From: a virus
Taxonomy: Duplodnaviria > Caudoviricetes
DNA length: 64,000 nucleotides
Reading direction: 5' to 3' (one strand)
IMG/VR virus record: IMGVR_UViG_3300014208_000036
Location: 1-64,000 of that record
Position numbers and translations under genes: made by a program. A model generated the notes under the pieces. That model had not been told where the DNA came from and made no database searches. It saw only the letters and a program-made list of their open reading frames with translations. Every line of letters starts with the position of its first letter. Positions within the stretch are counted from its first letter, which is position 1. Shown in pieces: positions 44,326-52,860 of this stretch.

Positions 44326-44844
44326 ATGTCATTGCTCAAGATCATCATCTGTTCGCTTGTATTGTCATTCGGTTCAACGCCTAACATGTGCGTAACTGAA
44401 TTGAAGGAGAAGAAGGTTCGAACACCGATCGCTCAGGATGAATTGTACGTTGTCTTGACGGATGCACATGTGAATGTGTTTGGTTATGAACCTTCGAAAA
44501 ATCGAGCCTCGATGGCTTGGGCCCAGGTTGCATTCGAAAATGGCAGGGGCGACCAGGTTTTTAATCACAACCTCGGAAACATCGGTTCAAATCCGATCGT
44601 TCCGAAGCGACCGTACTACGTTATCTCCGGTCATCGCTTTCGAAGCCTTGAAACTTTCAATGACGGTGCGGAGCTTTACTGGATCACGTTAGAATCTAGG
44701 TGTGGTTCAACGTTGAATTTTTTTGATTCTGGTGATCCTGTCTCAGCAAGCTCGGCATTAAATCGATGTGGATATTATCGAGCCGACGTTGATCATTACA
44801 CAAAGAATTTATCTTCCTTGTTCTTTGAACGATTGATGAATTGA
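44326..44844 (+). CDS. Exported glucosaminidase/lysozyme-like peptidoglycan hydrolase (GH73-like)
   Basis: Signal peptide; WAQVAFENG...NHNLGNI...FRSLETFNDG...GYY. Confidence 0.6.
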   Translation: MSLLKIIICSLVLSFGSTPNMCVTELKEKKVRTPIAQDELYVVLTDAHVNVFGYEPSKNRASMAWAQVAFENGRGDQVFNHNLGNIGSNPIVPKRPYYVISGHRFRSLETFNDGAELYWITLESRCGSTLNFFDSGDPVSASSALNRCGYYRADVDHYTKNLSSLFFERLMN

Positions 44845-44893
44845 TTTTCTAGCAGCGGTGTAACCAACCCTCAACCTAAGGTAATACTTTGTT

Positions 44894-44995
44894 ATGAAGG
44901 AAAAAATTCTGCTTGCAACGATTGGTTTGGTTTTGTTCGGTGGGATGCTTCTCTACAAGAAGGTGTACGATGGGATGCATCACCCAACTGAGTGA
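44894..44995 (+). CDS. 33-aa membrane peptide
   Basis: Promoter GTGTAA-N18-TAATAC, leaderless ATG; single TM. Confidence 0.55.
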   Translation: MKEKILLATIGLVLFGGMLLYKKVYDGMHHPTE

Positions 44996-45010
44996 GAACG
45001 AAGGTGTTGT

Positions 45011-45088
45011 GGTGTCGTAGGTGTAATTGGTACGCACGGTTGACTGTGAATCAGCAGGATGAGGGTTCGAATCCCCGACGACACACCA
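45011..45088 (+). tRNA. tRNA-His(GTG)
   Basis: G-1; loop CTGTGAA; CCA. Confidence 0.9.
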
Positions 45089-45247
45089 TTCAATTCAAGT
45101 AAATATCGAATGTGGCATATCATTTTGATATAAATTTTGTCTAGCCATATTCGATGACATATTAAACTATGTCAGTTGAACGATTCGAACGTACGATAGA
45201 ATCATTCATCTTACTATGAAACAGTTGAACGAATTGAATTTGAAATT

Positions 45248-45324
45248 GGCCCGGTCGTCTAACGGTACAGGACCCCTGATTTTCAGTCAGGTTTATGAGG
45301 GTTCGAATCCCTTCCGGGTCGCCA
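45248..45324 (+). tRNA. tRNA-Glu(TTC)
   Basis: Loop TTTTCAG; CCA. Confidence 0.95.
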
Positions 45325-45329
45325 AATAT

Positions 45330-45416
45330 GTCATCGTGCTGGAACTGGTATACAGGACACGTTGAGAGCGTGTTGCGAAATTAAGTAGCATGTGGGTTCG
45401 ACCCCCACCGATGGCA
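45330..45416 (+). tRNA. tRNA-Leu(GAG)
   Basis: Loop TTGAGAG; long V-arm. Confidence 0.9.
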
Positions 45417-45446
45417 CAAATTCTGTTCCGAAGCATAGATAATTCT

Positions 45447-45818
45447 ATGATCAGGAAATTCAAGAATTTCATCATTGCATCGATGGTAACAGTTTCAATG
45501 CTCCTTTGGCCGTCTCGGGCATTCTCGGGCCCTGAGAGAGGGACCTTAATTGATGTGAGGGTGTTACAGGGTTCTCAAATAATCAAATATTCTGATGTCA
45601 ACGTGAGACCGGATCAGCCGGTACAATTCTGGGTTTCTAGTTCGGATGATATCCTGTGCGTCCTTTCATACAAGGATGATCTTGGCAAGGAATGGGTTTT
45701 CGACCATCGCTCCGGTAAGGTATGCAACATGCAGATCGTTCCAAAACGTTCCCAATTAAGCCTGTCGGTGACGAACTTGACGAACGTCGAGGAAAAAATT
45801 GTGACCGTCATTCAATGA
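45447..45818 (+). CDS. Exported protein
   Basis: Signal peptide ...SRAFS. Confidence 0.65.
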   Translation: MIRKFKNFIIASMVTVSMLLWPSRAFSGPERGTLIDVRVLQGSQIIKYSDVNVRPDQPVQFWVSSSDDILCVLSYKDDLGKEWVFDHRSGKVCNMQIVPKRSQLSLSVTNLTNVEEKIVTVIQ

Positions 45819-45823
45819 CAAAT

Positions 45824-45898
45824 ATCCCCGTAGCATCAATGGACTAGAGTGCCTCGCTACGAACGAGGAGGTTGCAGGTTCGAATCCTGCCGGGGATG
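45824..45898 (+). tRNA. tRNA-Arg(ACG)
   Basis: Loop CTACGAA. Confidence 0.9.
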
Positions 45899-46005
45899 CC
45901 GAATTTAGTAACCTTTGTCAGGAGGCGTCAATAATCTAAAGCGGGTGTAAAACACTGCGCTGTTAATGAATACGGGTTCGAGTCCGTAGGTGAAAAATTC
46001 ATAAT

Positions 46006-46087
46006 GCACTCGTGGTGGAATTGGTAGACACGCCGGGTTTAGGTTCCGGTGCTGCAAAGCGTGGGGGTTCGAGTCCCTCCGAGTGTA
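46006..46087 (+). tRNA. tRNA-Leu(TAG)
   Basis: Loop TTTAGGT. Confidence 0.95.
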
Positions 46088-46097
46088 CAAGAGTCAG

Positions 46098-46170
46098 GCT
46101 GGTTAAGCCGAACGGTGAGGCAGGTCTTTCATACGGACTGCGACGATGGGTTCGAATCCCTCAACCAGCA
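46098..46170 (+). tRNA. tRNA(CAT), Met or Ile2
   Basis: GCTGGTT/AACCAGC; loop TTCATAC. Confidence 0.8.
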
Positions 46171-46178
46171 CAAATCAT

Positions 46179-46257
46179 GCCCCGGTATCGGACGGGTCTT
46201 CTAAGCCTGAGCACCGTAGTTGGATCGACGGGGGTTCGAATCCCTCCCGGGGTGCCA
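46179..46257 (+). tRNA. D-armless tRNA-Arg(TCT) with 20-nt variable region
   Basis: GCCCCGG/CCGGGGT-G-CCA; loop CTTCTAA. Confidence 0.7.
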
Positions 46258-46267
46258 ACGAGTCGTT

Positions 46268-46714
46268 ATGCAAACAAAGATCTGTTCATTCGATGGTGAA
46301 TTTTCGTTTCTTTCGAATTTTTTTGAATCATCGATCAGGGTCGATGGTGAAAAATATCCCACAGTTGAACACGCGTACCAGGCATCAAAAACGTTCGATC
46401 CTTGGCAACGAAGGTTGATAAGGGAAGCGCCCACACCGGGAAAGGCAAAACGTCTTGGAAAAACAGTCAAGAAAAGGGACGATTGGGATGACATAAGGAT
46501 CGGTGTCATGGAGTCTTTGCTACGTGACAAATTCTCAAGCCCATTTTTAGCGCAAATGCTCATTGCAACCGATGACGCTACATTGATCGAAGGAAATACA
46601 TGGGGTGATACATTTTGGGGCGTTTGTGGTGGAACAGGTGAGAATATGCTTGGAAAACTTTTGATGCAAATTCGAAGTGATCTGATCGTTGATCAGGCGT
46701 CAAACGATGAATAA
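46268..46714 (+). CDS. NADAR family protein (YbiA-like)
   Basis: FLSNF...YPTVEHAYQA.K...AKRLG...W...LIEGNTWGDTFWG...G.NMLGKLLM. Confidence 0.9.
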   Translation: MQTKICSFDGEFSFLSNFFESSIRVDGEKYPTVEHAYQASKTFDPWQRRLIREAPTPGKAKRLGKTVKKRDDWDDIRIGVMESLLRDKFSSPFLAQMLIATDDATLIEGNTWGDTFWGVCGGTGENMLGKLLMQIRSDLIVDQASNDE

Positions 46715-46723
46715 GGTGTTGGC

Positions 46724-46930
46724 ATGTGGACATGCGTGGCCTTATTGACATTATTGGGTGCCTTAAGCATTGAACCAAATCGAAAATCGACCGATCAAAG
46801 TGTTTGTCAAACGATCCACGATCGTGATGATAGAAATTTTTGTCGTGCAGTTGTAACTGGTAATAAAACTTGGTGTGAATTCATTCAGGATAAACGAACA
46901 AAGGAACTTTGCAGGGTAAAATCAAGATGA
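46724..46930 (+). CDS. Small exported Cys-rich protein
   Basis: C..I.D.D.R..C repeats. Confidence 0.6.
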   Translation: MWTCVALLTLLGALSIEPNRKSTDQSVCQTIHDRDDRNFCRAVVTGNKTWCEFIQDKRTKELCRVKSR

Positions 46931-47211
46931 GTAATGCACAGCGACCGCAGTTGAATTTTTCGGGTTCCGCAAGAATTATTTTCATGTATGACATTGTCAA
47001 AAATGATTTTGAGGCGGCAATGCGTGATCTCGACCTGGTTATGATCACATCGATCAAGTCGATGAAGTTTGTTACAACGGATGCTGTTGTCAAGTTTATC
47101 AACGACCTTGACAAAGGTCGGCAAATCGTTGAAGCAGCGATAATTCAGAAACGTGATGTAGAGTTATTCGTTGATGTACGTGGTTCTGCACCTTTAGCTC
47201 AGTGGATTTAG
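46927..47211 (+). CDS. Hypothetical protein whose 3' end overlaps tRNA-Arg
   Basis: Stop TAG lies inside the tRNA D-loop. Confidence 0.6.
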   Translation: MSNAQRPQLNFSGSARIIFMYDIVKNDFEAAMRDLDLVMITSIKSMKFVTTDAVVKFINDLDKGRQIVEAAIIQKRDVELFVDVRGSAPLAQWI

Positions 47212-47262
47212 AGCGACCGCCTTCGAAGCGGTTGGTCGGGGGTTCGAGTCCTTCAAGGTGCG
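47188..47262 (+). tRNA. tRNA-Arg(TCG)
   Basis: Loop CTTCGAA. Confidence 0.95.
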
Positions 47263-47264
47263 CA

Positions 47265-47423
47265 ATGAAATTATTCATTTTCATGTCAACCTTGATTCTT
47301 TCCTCATGCTACGGAGCGTGGGATATACCGGCGACGCCGCTTCATGATGAATGCTCGAACACAACATCAGTTGGTTACATTTACGTATATCCATGTAAGA
47401 TGAACGGAAATATTCAAAAATGA
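47265..47423 (+). CDS. Small lipoprotein
   Basis: Lipobox LSSC. Confidence 0.55.
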   Translation: MKLFIFMSTLILSSCYGAWDIPATPLHDECSNTTSVGYIYVYPCKMNGNIQK

Positions 47424-47803
47424 ACGTGAAGCAGGTGATCGTGGTCCGTAAGGATTTAAACATGAGGAAGGGAAAAATCGCCGCGCAGGTTGCACACGCA
47501 GCGATGAAATTCATCTTTGATGGAAATGTTGCGTCAAAATTGGATGAAATTTACGTAAAGCTATCGAAGGCTGAGACGAAGTGGGCTCGAGAAGGTTTCA
47601 CAAAGATCGTTGTTTCCGTTGATTCCGAACAGGAGCTCTTGGACCTTTGCGAATCAGCACGAAGGAACAAGGTTGCATCGTACAAAATTATCGATTCAGG
47701 TCGAACTGAGTTCGATAACGTTCCTACATTGACATGCGCCTCGTTCGGCCCAGATGATGAAAATCTCTTGGACAAGGTAACCGGGCATTTAAAGTTACTT
47801 TAA
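47420..47803 (+). CDS. Peptidyl-tRNA hydrolase, Pth2 (archaeal/eukaryote-type) family
   Basis: KQVIVVRKDLNMRKGKIAAQVAHA...KIVV...IIDSGRTE...T...FGP. Confidence 0.9.
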   Translation: MNVKQVIVVRKDLNMRKGKIAAQVAHAAMKFIFDGNVASKLDEIYVKLSKAETKWAREGFTKIVVSVDSEQELLDLCESARRNKVASYKIIDSGRTEFDNVPTLTCASFGPDDENLLDKVTGHLKLL

Positions 47804-47840
47804 TTGTGCAAAATTTACGTACGTATGGTATTTCATGATC

Positions 47841-48146
47841 ATGAAGTACGTAATTCTACTCACCGGTCTCTTCATGATTGGTTGCAATGATGAAAGATTC
47901 GTGGATGAATCATACGATCAGCAGGAAACATTTGAAGCGCAGGATCCGCCGAGCTTCGATGATCATGATGAAGTTCTTCATGAATCATGCGTGATGACAC
48001 AAACGCTTGGTGAAGGTGATCTTGTAATTCAGGTTCCTGTTCCTTGTGAACCTGGCCTCATCGATAGGGGTCGACCTTCGGAGAATCCTATCGATGACCA
48101 TGATGAAATCATCAACGATCAGAAAGAATTTACGTTTGACACTTGA
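47841..48146 (+). CDS. Lipoprotein
   Basis: Lipobox MIGC; promoter at 47806. Confidence 0.65.
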   Translation: MKYVILLTGLFMIGCNDERFVDESYDQQETFEAQDPPSFDDHDEVLHESCVMTQTLGEGDLVIQVPVPCEPGLIDRGRPSENPIDDHDEIINDQKEFTFDT

Positions 48147-48148
48147 AT

Positions 48149-48234
48149 GGAACAGTGCGCGAGAAGGCTTAAGCGACAAGTTTGCTAAACTTGAGGGTGT
48201 AAAAGCTCCGTGAGTTCGAATCTCACCTGTTCCG
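48149..48234 (+). tRNA. tRNA-Ser(GCT)
   Basis: Loop TTGCTAA; long V-arm. Confidence 0.95.
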
Positions 48235-48290
48235 CTAAGATCATGCATTATCCATCGTGTAAAAACGATGTATACTTAGAGGTAATTATT

Positions 48291-48377
48291 GGAAGGTTTG
48301 GGCATTGGAAGGCCCACCGGTCTTGAAAACCGACGTAGGTGATGAGCCTACTGCAAGTTCGACTCTTGCACCTTCCG
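48291..48377 (+). tRNA. tRNA-Ser(TGA)
   Basis: Loop CTTGAAA. Confidence 0.95.
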
Positions 48378-48379
48378 CC

Positions 48380-48467
48380 GATATTACGTGGCTGAGTGGA
48401 TTAAGGCGGCCCGCAAGGGGCGAGGGGCATTGCCCCTCCACGGTGTTCGAATCCCGTCGTAATATCG
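48380..48467 (+). ncRNA. Type-II tRNA-like RNA whose anticodon loop is replaced by a GCAA tetraloop
   Basis: GATATTACG/CGTAATATC, Ser-like D-loop, CCC-GCAA-GGG, 7-bp V-arm, TTCGAAT. Confidence 0.65.
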
Positions 48468-48714
48468 ATCTTGAAAAGTATGTGTTACTTTTGCACAAAA
48501 GATGATATATTTAAGGTTGTTGATCATCGATCTCTCGACGTAAGACGAAAGCGAGCGCTTGAGTTGAAGGCACTCCTAGCGAACGTCAAGGAAGGTGAAA
48601 CCTGTCAAACTGGTAACACGATCGTTGAAAGAATCAAAGAGGAACAGTACGAACTTTCAAAAAATTTGTGATGAATAAGATAATTTTCAATATCCAAATT
48701 TTGGATGTTAAAAT

Positions 48715-48786
48715 GCAATTGTAATTCAGTGGTAGAATGTCGCGTTGCCAACGCGAATGTCGAGGGTTCGAACCCCTCCGATTGCT
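48715..48786 (+). tRNA. tRNA-Gly(GCC)
   Basis: Loop TTGCCAA. Confidence 0.95.
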
Positions 48787-48798
48787 CAGATAAAATTC

Positions 48799-49443
48799 AT
48801 GTATCATTACGTGTATAAGATCAAAAATCTTGTGAATGGTAAAATTTACGTTGGGAAACATTCAACTAACGATCTTGACGATGGTTACATGGGTAGTGGA
48901 AAACTCATAGCGAAGGCTATCGCTAAGCACGGAATCGAAAATTTTCAAAAAGAAATCATTAAAATGTTTTCCTCCTCTGAGGAGGCTTTTGAATTTGAAC
49001 ATAATTTCGTTAATGAAGAGTTCATTATCAGAACTGACACCTATAACTTGATTGTCGGTGGTGATGGATTTTTTGCGATCAATTCAAATGAGAATCTTCG
49101 TAAAGCGAAAAATAGAAAAGCTGCGTTAGCAATGAACATTATAACTTGGGCTGATCCTGAGTTTAGAAAACGAAAGAGTGCTGCATTAATTGCACAAACG
49201 AAAAAGTTATTTGCTGAAGGAAAGTTAGTCGCTCCAGACTGGACAGGAAAATTTCATTCTGAAGAATCAAAAGTGAAAATTGGTTTAGCGAATTCATTGC
49301 ATCAACGTGGTGAAAAGAATTCGCAATTTGGAACCATTTGGATTACAAATGATGTTGAAAAATGTTCAAAACGAATCAATAAAAATGAAATAGATGATTA
49401 CGTTAAGTTAGGTTGGCGCCGCGGACGGAAAATGAAGTGGTAG
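48799..49443 (+). CDS. GIY-YIG (Seg-like) homing endonuclease
   Basis: YVYKIKNLVNGKIYVGKH...YMGSG; NUMOD3-like HSEESKVKI. Confidence 0.9.
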   Translation: MYHYVYKIKNLVNGKIYVGKHSTNDLDDGYMGSGKLIAKAIAKHGIENFQKEIIKMFSSSEEAFEFEHNFVNEEFIIRTDTYNLIVGGDGFFAINSNENLRKAKNRKAALAMNIITWADPEFRKRKSAALIAQTKKLFAEGKLVAPDWTGKFHSEESKVKIGLANSLHQRGEKNSQFGTIWITNDVEKCSKRINKNEIDDYVKLGWRRGRKMKW

Positions 49444-49452
49444 TTTAATCAT

Positions 49453-49526
49453 GCGAGATTGGCATATTGGTTGTGCCTCGCCCTTCCAAGGCGATCAACG
49501 CAGTTCGATTCTGCGATCTCGCTCCA
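49453..49526 (+). tRNA. tRNA-Gly(TCC)
   Basis: Loop CTTCCAA; CCA. Confidence 0.95.
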
Positions 49527-49531
49527 CGTTT

Positions 49532-49619
49532 GGAAAGATGACCGAGGGGTTTATGGTATCTGTCTCGAAAACAGAAGGGTGTAAAAGCTCCGCGGGTTCG
49601 AATCCCGCTCTTTCCTCCA
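49532..49619 (+). tRNA. tRNA-Ser(CGA)
   Basis: Loop CTCGAAA; CCA. Confidence 0.95.
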
Positions 49620-49620
49620 T

Positions 49621-49700
49621 GCCATCATGGTGAAATTGGTATACACGCTGCACTCAAAATGCGGTACGAAAGTTTGTGGGTTCGAGTCCCTCTGATGGCA
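49621..49700 (+). tRNA. tRNA-Leu(CAA)
   Basis: Loop CTCAAAA. Confidence 0.9.
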
Positions 49701-49703
49701 CCG

Positions 49704-50003
49704 ATGACGTTTGAAGTAGAGGATCAAAAACGACTTGTGGTTCACTTTAAGAAGGAACCATTCGATGTTTACATCGGTAGGGGTTCCTATTGGGGAAATC
49801 CTTTCTCCGAAAAAAGTGGAACAAAGGCGATCGTAAAGGTTGATTCTAGGGAAGAAGCGATCGCTATGTACCGTGAATGGTTGTTGACGCAACCTGACAT
49901 GCTAGCTCGAGCCCGGCAAGAATTGAAAGGTAAGATCCTTGGGTGTTGGTGCTATCCAAAACCATGTCATGGAGATGTTCTCGTAGAATTGGTGAATGTG
50001 TAA
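49704..50003 (+). CDS. DUF4326 family protein
   Basis: VVH...DVYIGRGS.WGNPF...ELKGK.LGCWC.PKPCHGDVL. Confidence 0.9.
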   Translation: MTFEVEDQKRLVVHFKKEPFDVYIGRGSYWGNPFSEKSGTKAIVKVDSREEAIAMYREWLLTQPDMLARARQELKGKILGCWCYPKPCHGDVLVELVNV

Positions 50004-50033
50004 AAAGAACGTAGATTTGCTTAATGTAATAAT

Positions 50034-50107
50034 GGGACATTAACTCAATTGGTCAGAGTAGCGGGCTCATAACTCGTTTGTTGAAGGTTCGAGTCCTTCA
50101 TGTCCTA
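50034..50107 (+). tRNA. tRNA-Ile2(CAT)
   Basis: GCGGG-CTCATAA-CTCGT; immediately upstream of tilS. Confidence 0.85.
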
Positions 50108-50130
50108 CAAAATTTTGCATTTGTGATAAA

Positions 50131-50763
50131 ATGCTCCATCAATTGATCAACATTCCACGCGACGAACATTTTTATGTTGCTTGTTCTGGAGGCGTTGATA
50201 GCATGGCTATTGCTTCGTTCTACAAATTAGGGAACAAGAAATTTACGTTGGCGTATTTCAATCATGGAACGCAGCAAGCAAATTCCATGGAAAAACACGT
50301 TCTAGAATGGGGCATGAAAAATGATGTTCCCGTTGTTGTGGGTACGATCAATGATGCGAGAACCCTTGGAAAGGGACATTCACCCGAGGAATATTTTAGA
50401 ACCTGCAGGTACGAATGGTTCGATAAATTGCCCGTGAGTAGTATCGTCACCTGTCATCATTTGAACGATGTTGCGGAAACGTGGATTTTTTCCAACTTGC
50501 ATGGTGAAGCAAAATTAATTGCCTCCCGGCGTGGACGTTTTTTGCGACCCTTCTTGACGACTCCGAAGGAAAATCTCACCGAGTGGTGTCTAAGGCACGG
50601 TGTTGATTGGGTCGAGGATCGATCAAATGACGACCTGAACATCCCTAGGAACTTGATTCGTCACGTGATCCTGCCTCAGTCGTTGAAAATCAATCCAGGC
50701 CTGTTGAAGGTTTTGAGGAAAAAATTGTTAGCACGGGAGAAAAACATCAATGGCAACGGATGA
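50131..50763 (+). CDS. tilS: tRNA(Ile)-lysidine synthase, catalytic PP-loop domain only
   Basis: ACSGGVDS, FNHG, RYEWF, TCHHLNDVAET, RPFL, EDRSN...RNLIRH. Confidence 0.9.
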   Translation: MLHQLINIPRDEHFYVACSGGVDSMAIASFYKLGNKKFTLAYFNHGTQQANSMEKHVLEWGMKNDVPVVVGTINDARTLGKGHSPEEYFRTCRYEWFDKLPVSSIVTCHHLNDVAETWIFSNLHGEAKLIASRRGRFLRPFLTTPKENLTEWCLRHGVDWVEDRSNDDLNIPRNLIRHVILPQSLKINPGLLKVLRKKLLAREKNINGNG

Positions 50764-51103
50764 TGATATTTTTAAGGAGCTCGTCGCGGTCATCGCTGCT
50801 CAGGACAAGGTGTTAACGTCGCAACAACGGTACATTGAATTGATCGCCATGCATGTGGCGGTGATTTCAAAGTTGCTTCATCGTGTTGTTAACAAGTGTA
50901 CGTTCCCCGCCTGCGACAATCCGGCAACGGTTTCAATCGAGAGAGTTTCAACAAACGTTTGTGATCATCATGCTGCCGTTTATGTTCACGGCAACGTTTG
51001 CACCGAGAGCGATGTTATCGATCATCCCGATGCAAAGGAAATTCGGATTCTTGATGATTTTCTCAACACGCTTGATGCGTCAAAAGAACCCACCATGCAG
51101 TGA
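50750..51103 (+). CDS. Hypothetical protein with CxxxxC...CxxH motif
   Basis: Contiguous ORF. Confidence 0.6.
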   Translation: MATDDDIFKELVAVIAAQDKVLTSQQRYIELIAMHVAVISKLLHRVVNKCTFPACDNPATVSIERVSTNVCDHHAAVYVHGNVCTESDVIDHPDAKEIRILDDFLNTLDASKEPTMQ

Positions 51104-51124
51104 ATATTCATCATTCAAGATGAT

Positions 51125-52366
51125 ATGATCAGCATCATGGAACCGTTAGTTGTTTCCTTCCTCAGGAATCGTAGTTTTGATGATCTCGAGGCCGATCATG
51201 GTGTTTGCGCTCGATTGTCGAAGTGCGGGCGAAAGGTTTCGCTTAACTATGATCAACTTCTCGTGAAGAACGGCGATCCTGTCGCTGAACAGTGCAGGGG
51301 TCTGATCGTTCTTCTCGATGAAGTCATCGATCCGTCCACCTCTTGGAAAGCTAAGTCGCCAGGTAACGTTACGGTCATCGCATGGCCAATGAATCGATTT
51401 TACAACTTTGGTGATCATTCGGGTGCGAATGTTGATTGGTCCGATAAGAACTTAAGGGTGTACGAAAAACTCGATGGCACGATGATCGTTCTTTATTGGG
51501 ATCCGTCTTCTTCGCGGTGGTGCGTCGCCACGAGGGGCGTCCCCGACGCCGATGTTCCGATCTCAAGCAACGATCTTGAACTTCAGACGATGACGTTCTC
51601 CGAACTGTTCTTCAGGGCCCTACGTGAAACACGTGAAGCGGAACAGGATCGTCCATTGGGATGGGAACCAGACGGTTTCGATGAAATTGTTCACCTGAAC
51701 AAGGATCTTACGTACGTTTTCGAATTAACATCGCAGTACAACAAGGTCGTTGTTCATTACGAAGCTCCTCGGGTTACGTTGCTGGCCGCGCGTCACACGA
51801 CCTCGGGCCATGAAATTTCCATCGAAGAACTTCGCATTCAACACGTTCAACGACCTGTATCCTGGCAGCTCAATGAACCGTCAGCCATCTTTGCGTTCGT
51901 TGACTCCGCTGATCCTTCGAAGCTCGAAGGTTGCGTTGTGATCGATTCAAAGTTCAATCGCTTGAAGATCAAGAATAAGGCATGGGTTCTCGCTTCACGT
52001 ACGAAGGATCGAATCATGTGCTCAAGGCGAGCGATCATCGAATCGATCATTGCAGGTACGATCGATGACGTAATTCCACTTTTGAGCGACGAAATTGCAT
52101 CGAAGGTTTGCGACCTTCGTGGAAAGGTTGCATCATTGTTCAGGATCGTTGATTCGACGTTCCATGAATTCCATGCACATGCTGGCAATGATCGTAAAGC
52201 ATTTGCTCAGCTCGTGAAGTGTTCCGATCTTCGATGGAAGCAACCTTTCTTCCAACTGTACGACGGCCGAGCTGATTCGACGTCCGAGTGGGCTGAGAAG
52301 GCGGTAAAAGGCGGAACGATGACATCCAGTACCCTCGAGAATATTCTACGAGCCGTGGATAATTAA
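51125..52366 (+). CDS. T4 Rnl1-like RNA ligase
   Basis: WPMNRFYN, motif I EKLDGT, VATRG, FELTS, motif IV EGCVV, motif V KIKN. Confidence 0.85.
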   Translation: MISIMEPLVVSFLRNRSFDDLEADHGVCARLSKCGRKVSLNYDQLLVKNGDPVAEQCRGLIVLLDEVIDPSTSWKAKSPGNVTVIAWPMNRFYNFGDHSGANVDWSDKNLRVYEKLDGTMIVLYWDPSSSRWCVATRGVPDADVPISSNDLELQTMTFSELFFRALRETREAEQDRPLGWEPDGFDEIVHLNKDLTYVFELTSQYNKVVVHYEAPRVTLLAARHTTSGHEISIEELRIQHVQRPVSWQLNEPSAIFAFVDSADPSKLEGCVVIDSKFNRLKIKNKAWVLASRTKDRIMCSRRAIIESIIAGTIDDVIPLLSDEIASKVCDLRGKVASLFRIVDSTFHEFHAHAGNDRKAFAQLVKCSDLRWKQPFFQLYDGRADSTSEWAEKAVKGGTMTSSTLENILRAVDN

Positions 52367-52588
52367 AACCTTACCTCACGGTTCAATTATTCTCGTTGTC
52401 AGGATGGGCTTAATACGTATTACAAGCGAGGTCTAAATTGATTATTGTCGTTGATCTTTGTGGTGATTCGGGTACGCTCGTTGATGTGCACGTTGATGAA
52501 CAAGTCGATTAGGATGATTGTCAAAAATTTGACGAAATCAACATTCCAGAACCTGAATTGCAGCTCGTTCTGAACGATTGATTTTTTA

Positions 52589-52858
52589 TCATTGTGTTGA
52601 GTAGTACGTGGAGATGATCGTGATGTCCGTCGGATCACCTCCACCACCTGGATACGCCGTGTTTACGGAATTCCCTGTCCAATAAACGAAGCTATTCAGG
52701 CTGCTTTTCCAACCTCTGAAAACGTAGGTTGCAACGTTGATGTACGTTGTGACCGTTGTCGTTTCCTGTGGAACTCGATTTACAGCAGGAATTGCAACGA
52801 TTGTTGAACTATTTATCGTTACTGATCCTGCCTGATCATTTGAGTTATAATCAGCCAT
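52589..52858 (-). CDS. Small virion-associated protein (probable)
   Basis: MADYNSND...; Thr-rich; in the structural operon. Confidence 0.55.
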   Translation of the reverse strand: MADYNSNDQAGSVTINSSTIVAIPAVNRVPQETTTVTTYINVATYVFRGWKSSLNSFVYWTGNSVNTAYPGGGGDPTDITIISTYYSTQ

Positions 52859-52860
52859 TG

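Noticed and set aside
45930-45995. Extra tRNA-Asn
   Set aside because: Only a T-arm and a partial CTGTTAA loop; no acceptor stem.
48380-48467. tRNA-Sec
   Set aside because: Extended acceptor and long V-arm fit, but there is no UCA anticodon loop.
520-52188. Long minus-strand and alternative-frame ORFs over the + strand genes (e.g. 1289-2182, 8285-9013, 30859-31422)
   Set aside because: They shadow well-supported + strand genes, lack motifs and starts, and are expected in GC-rich DNA.
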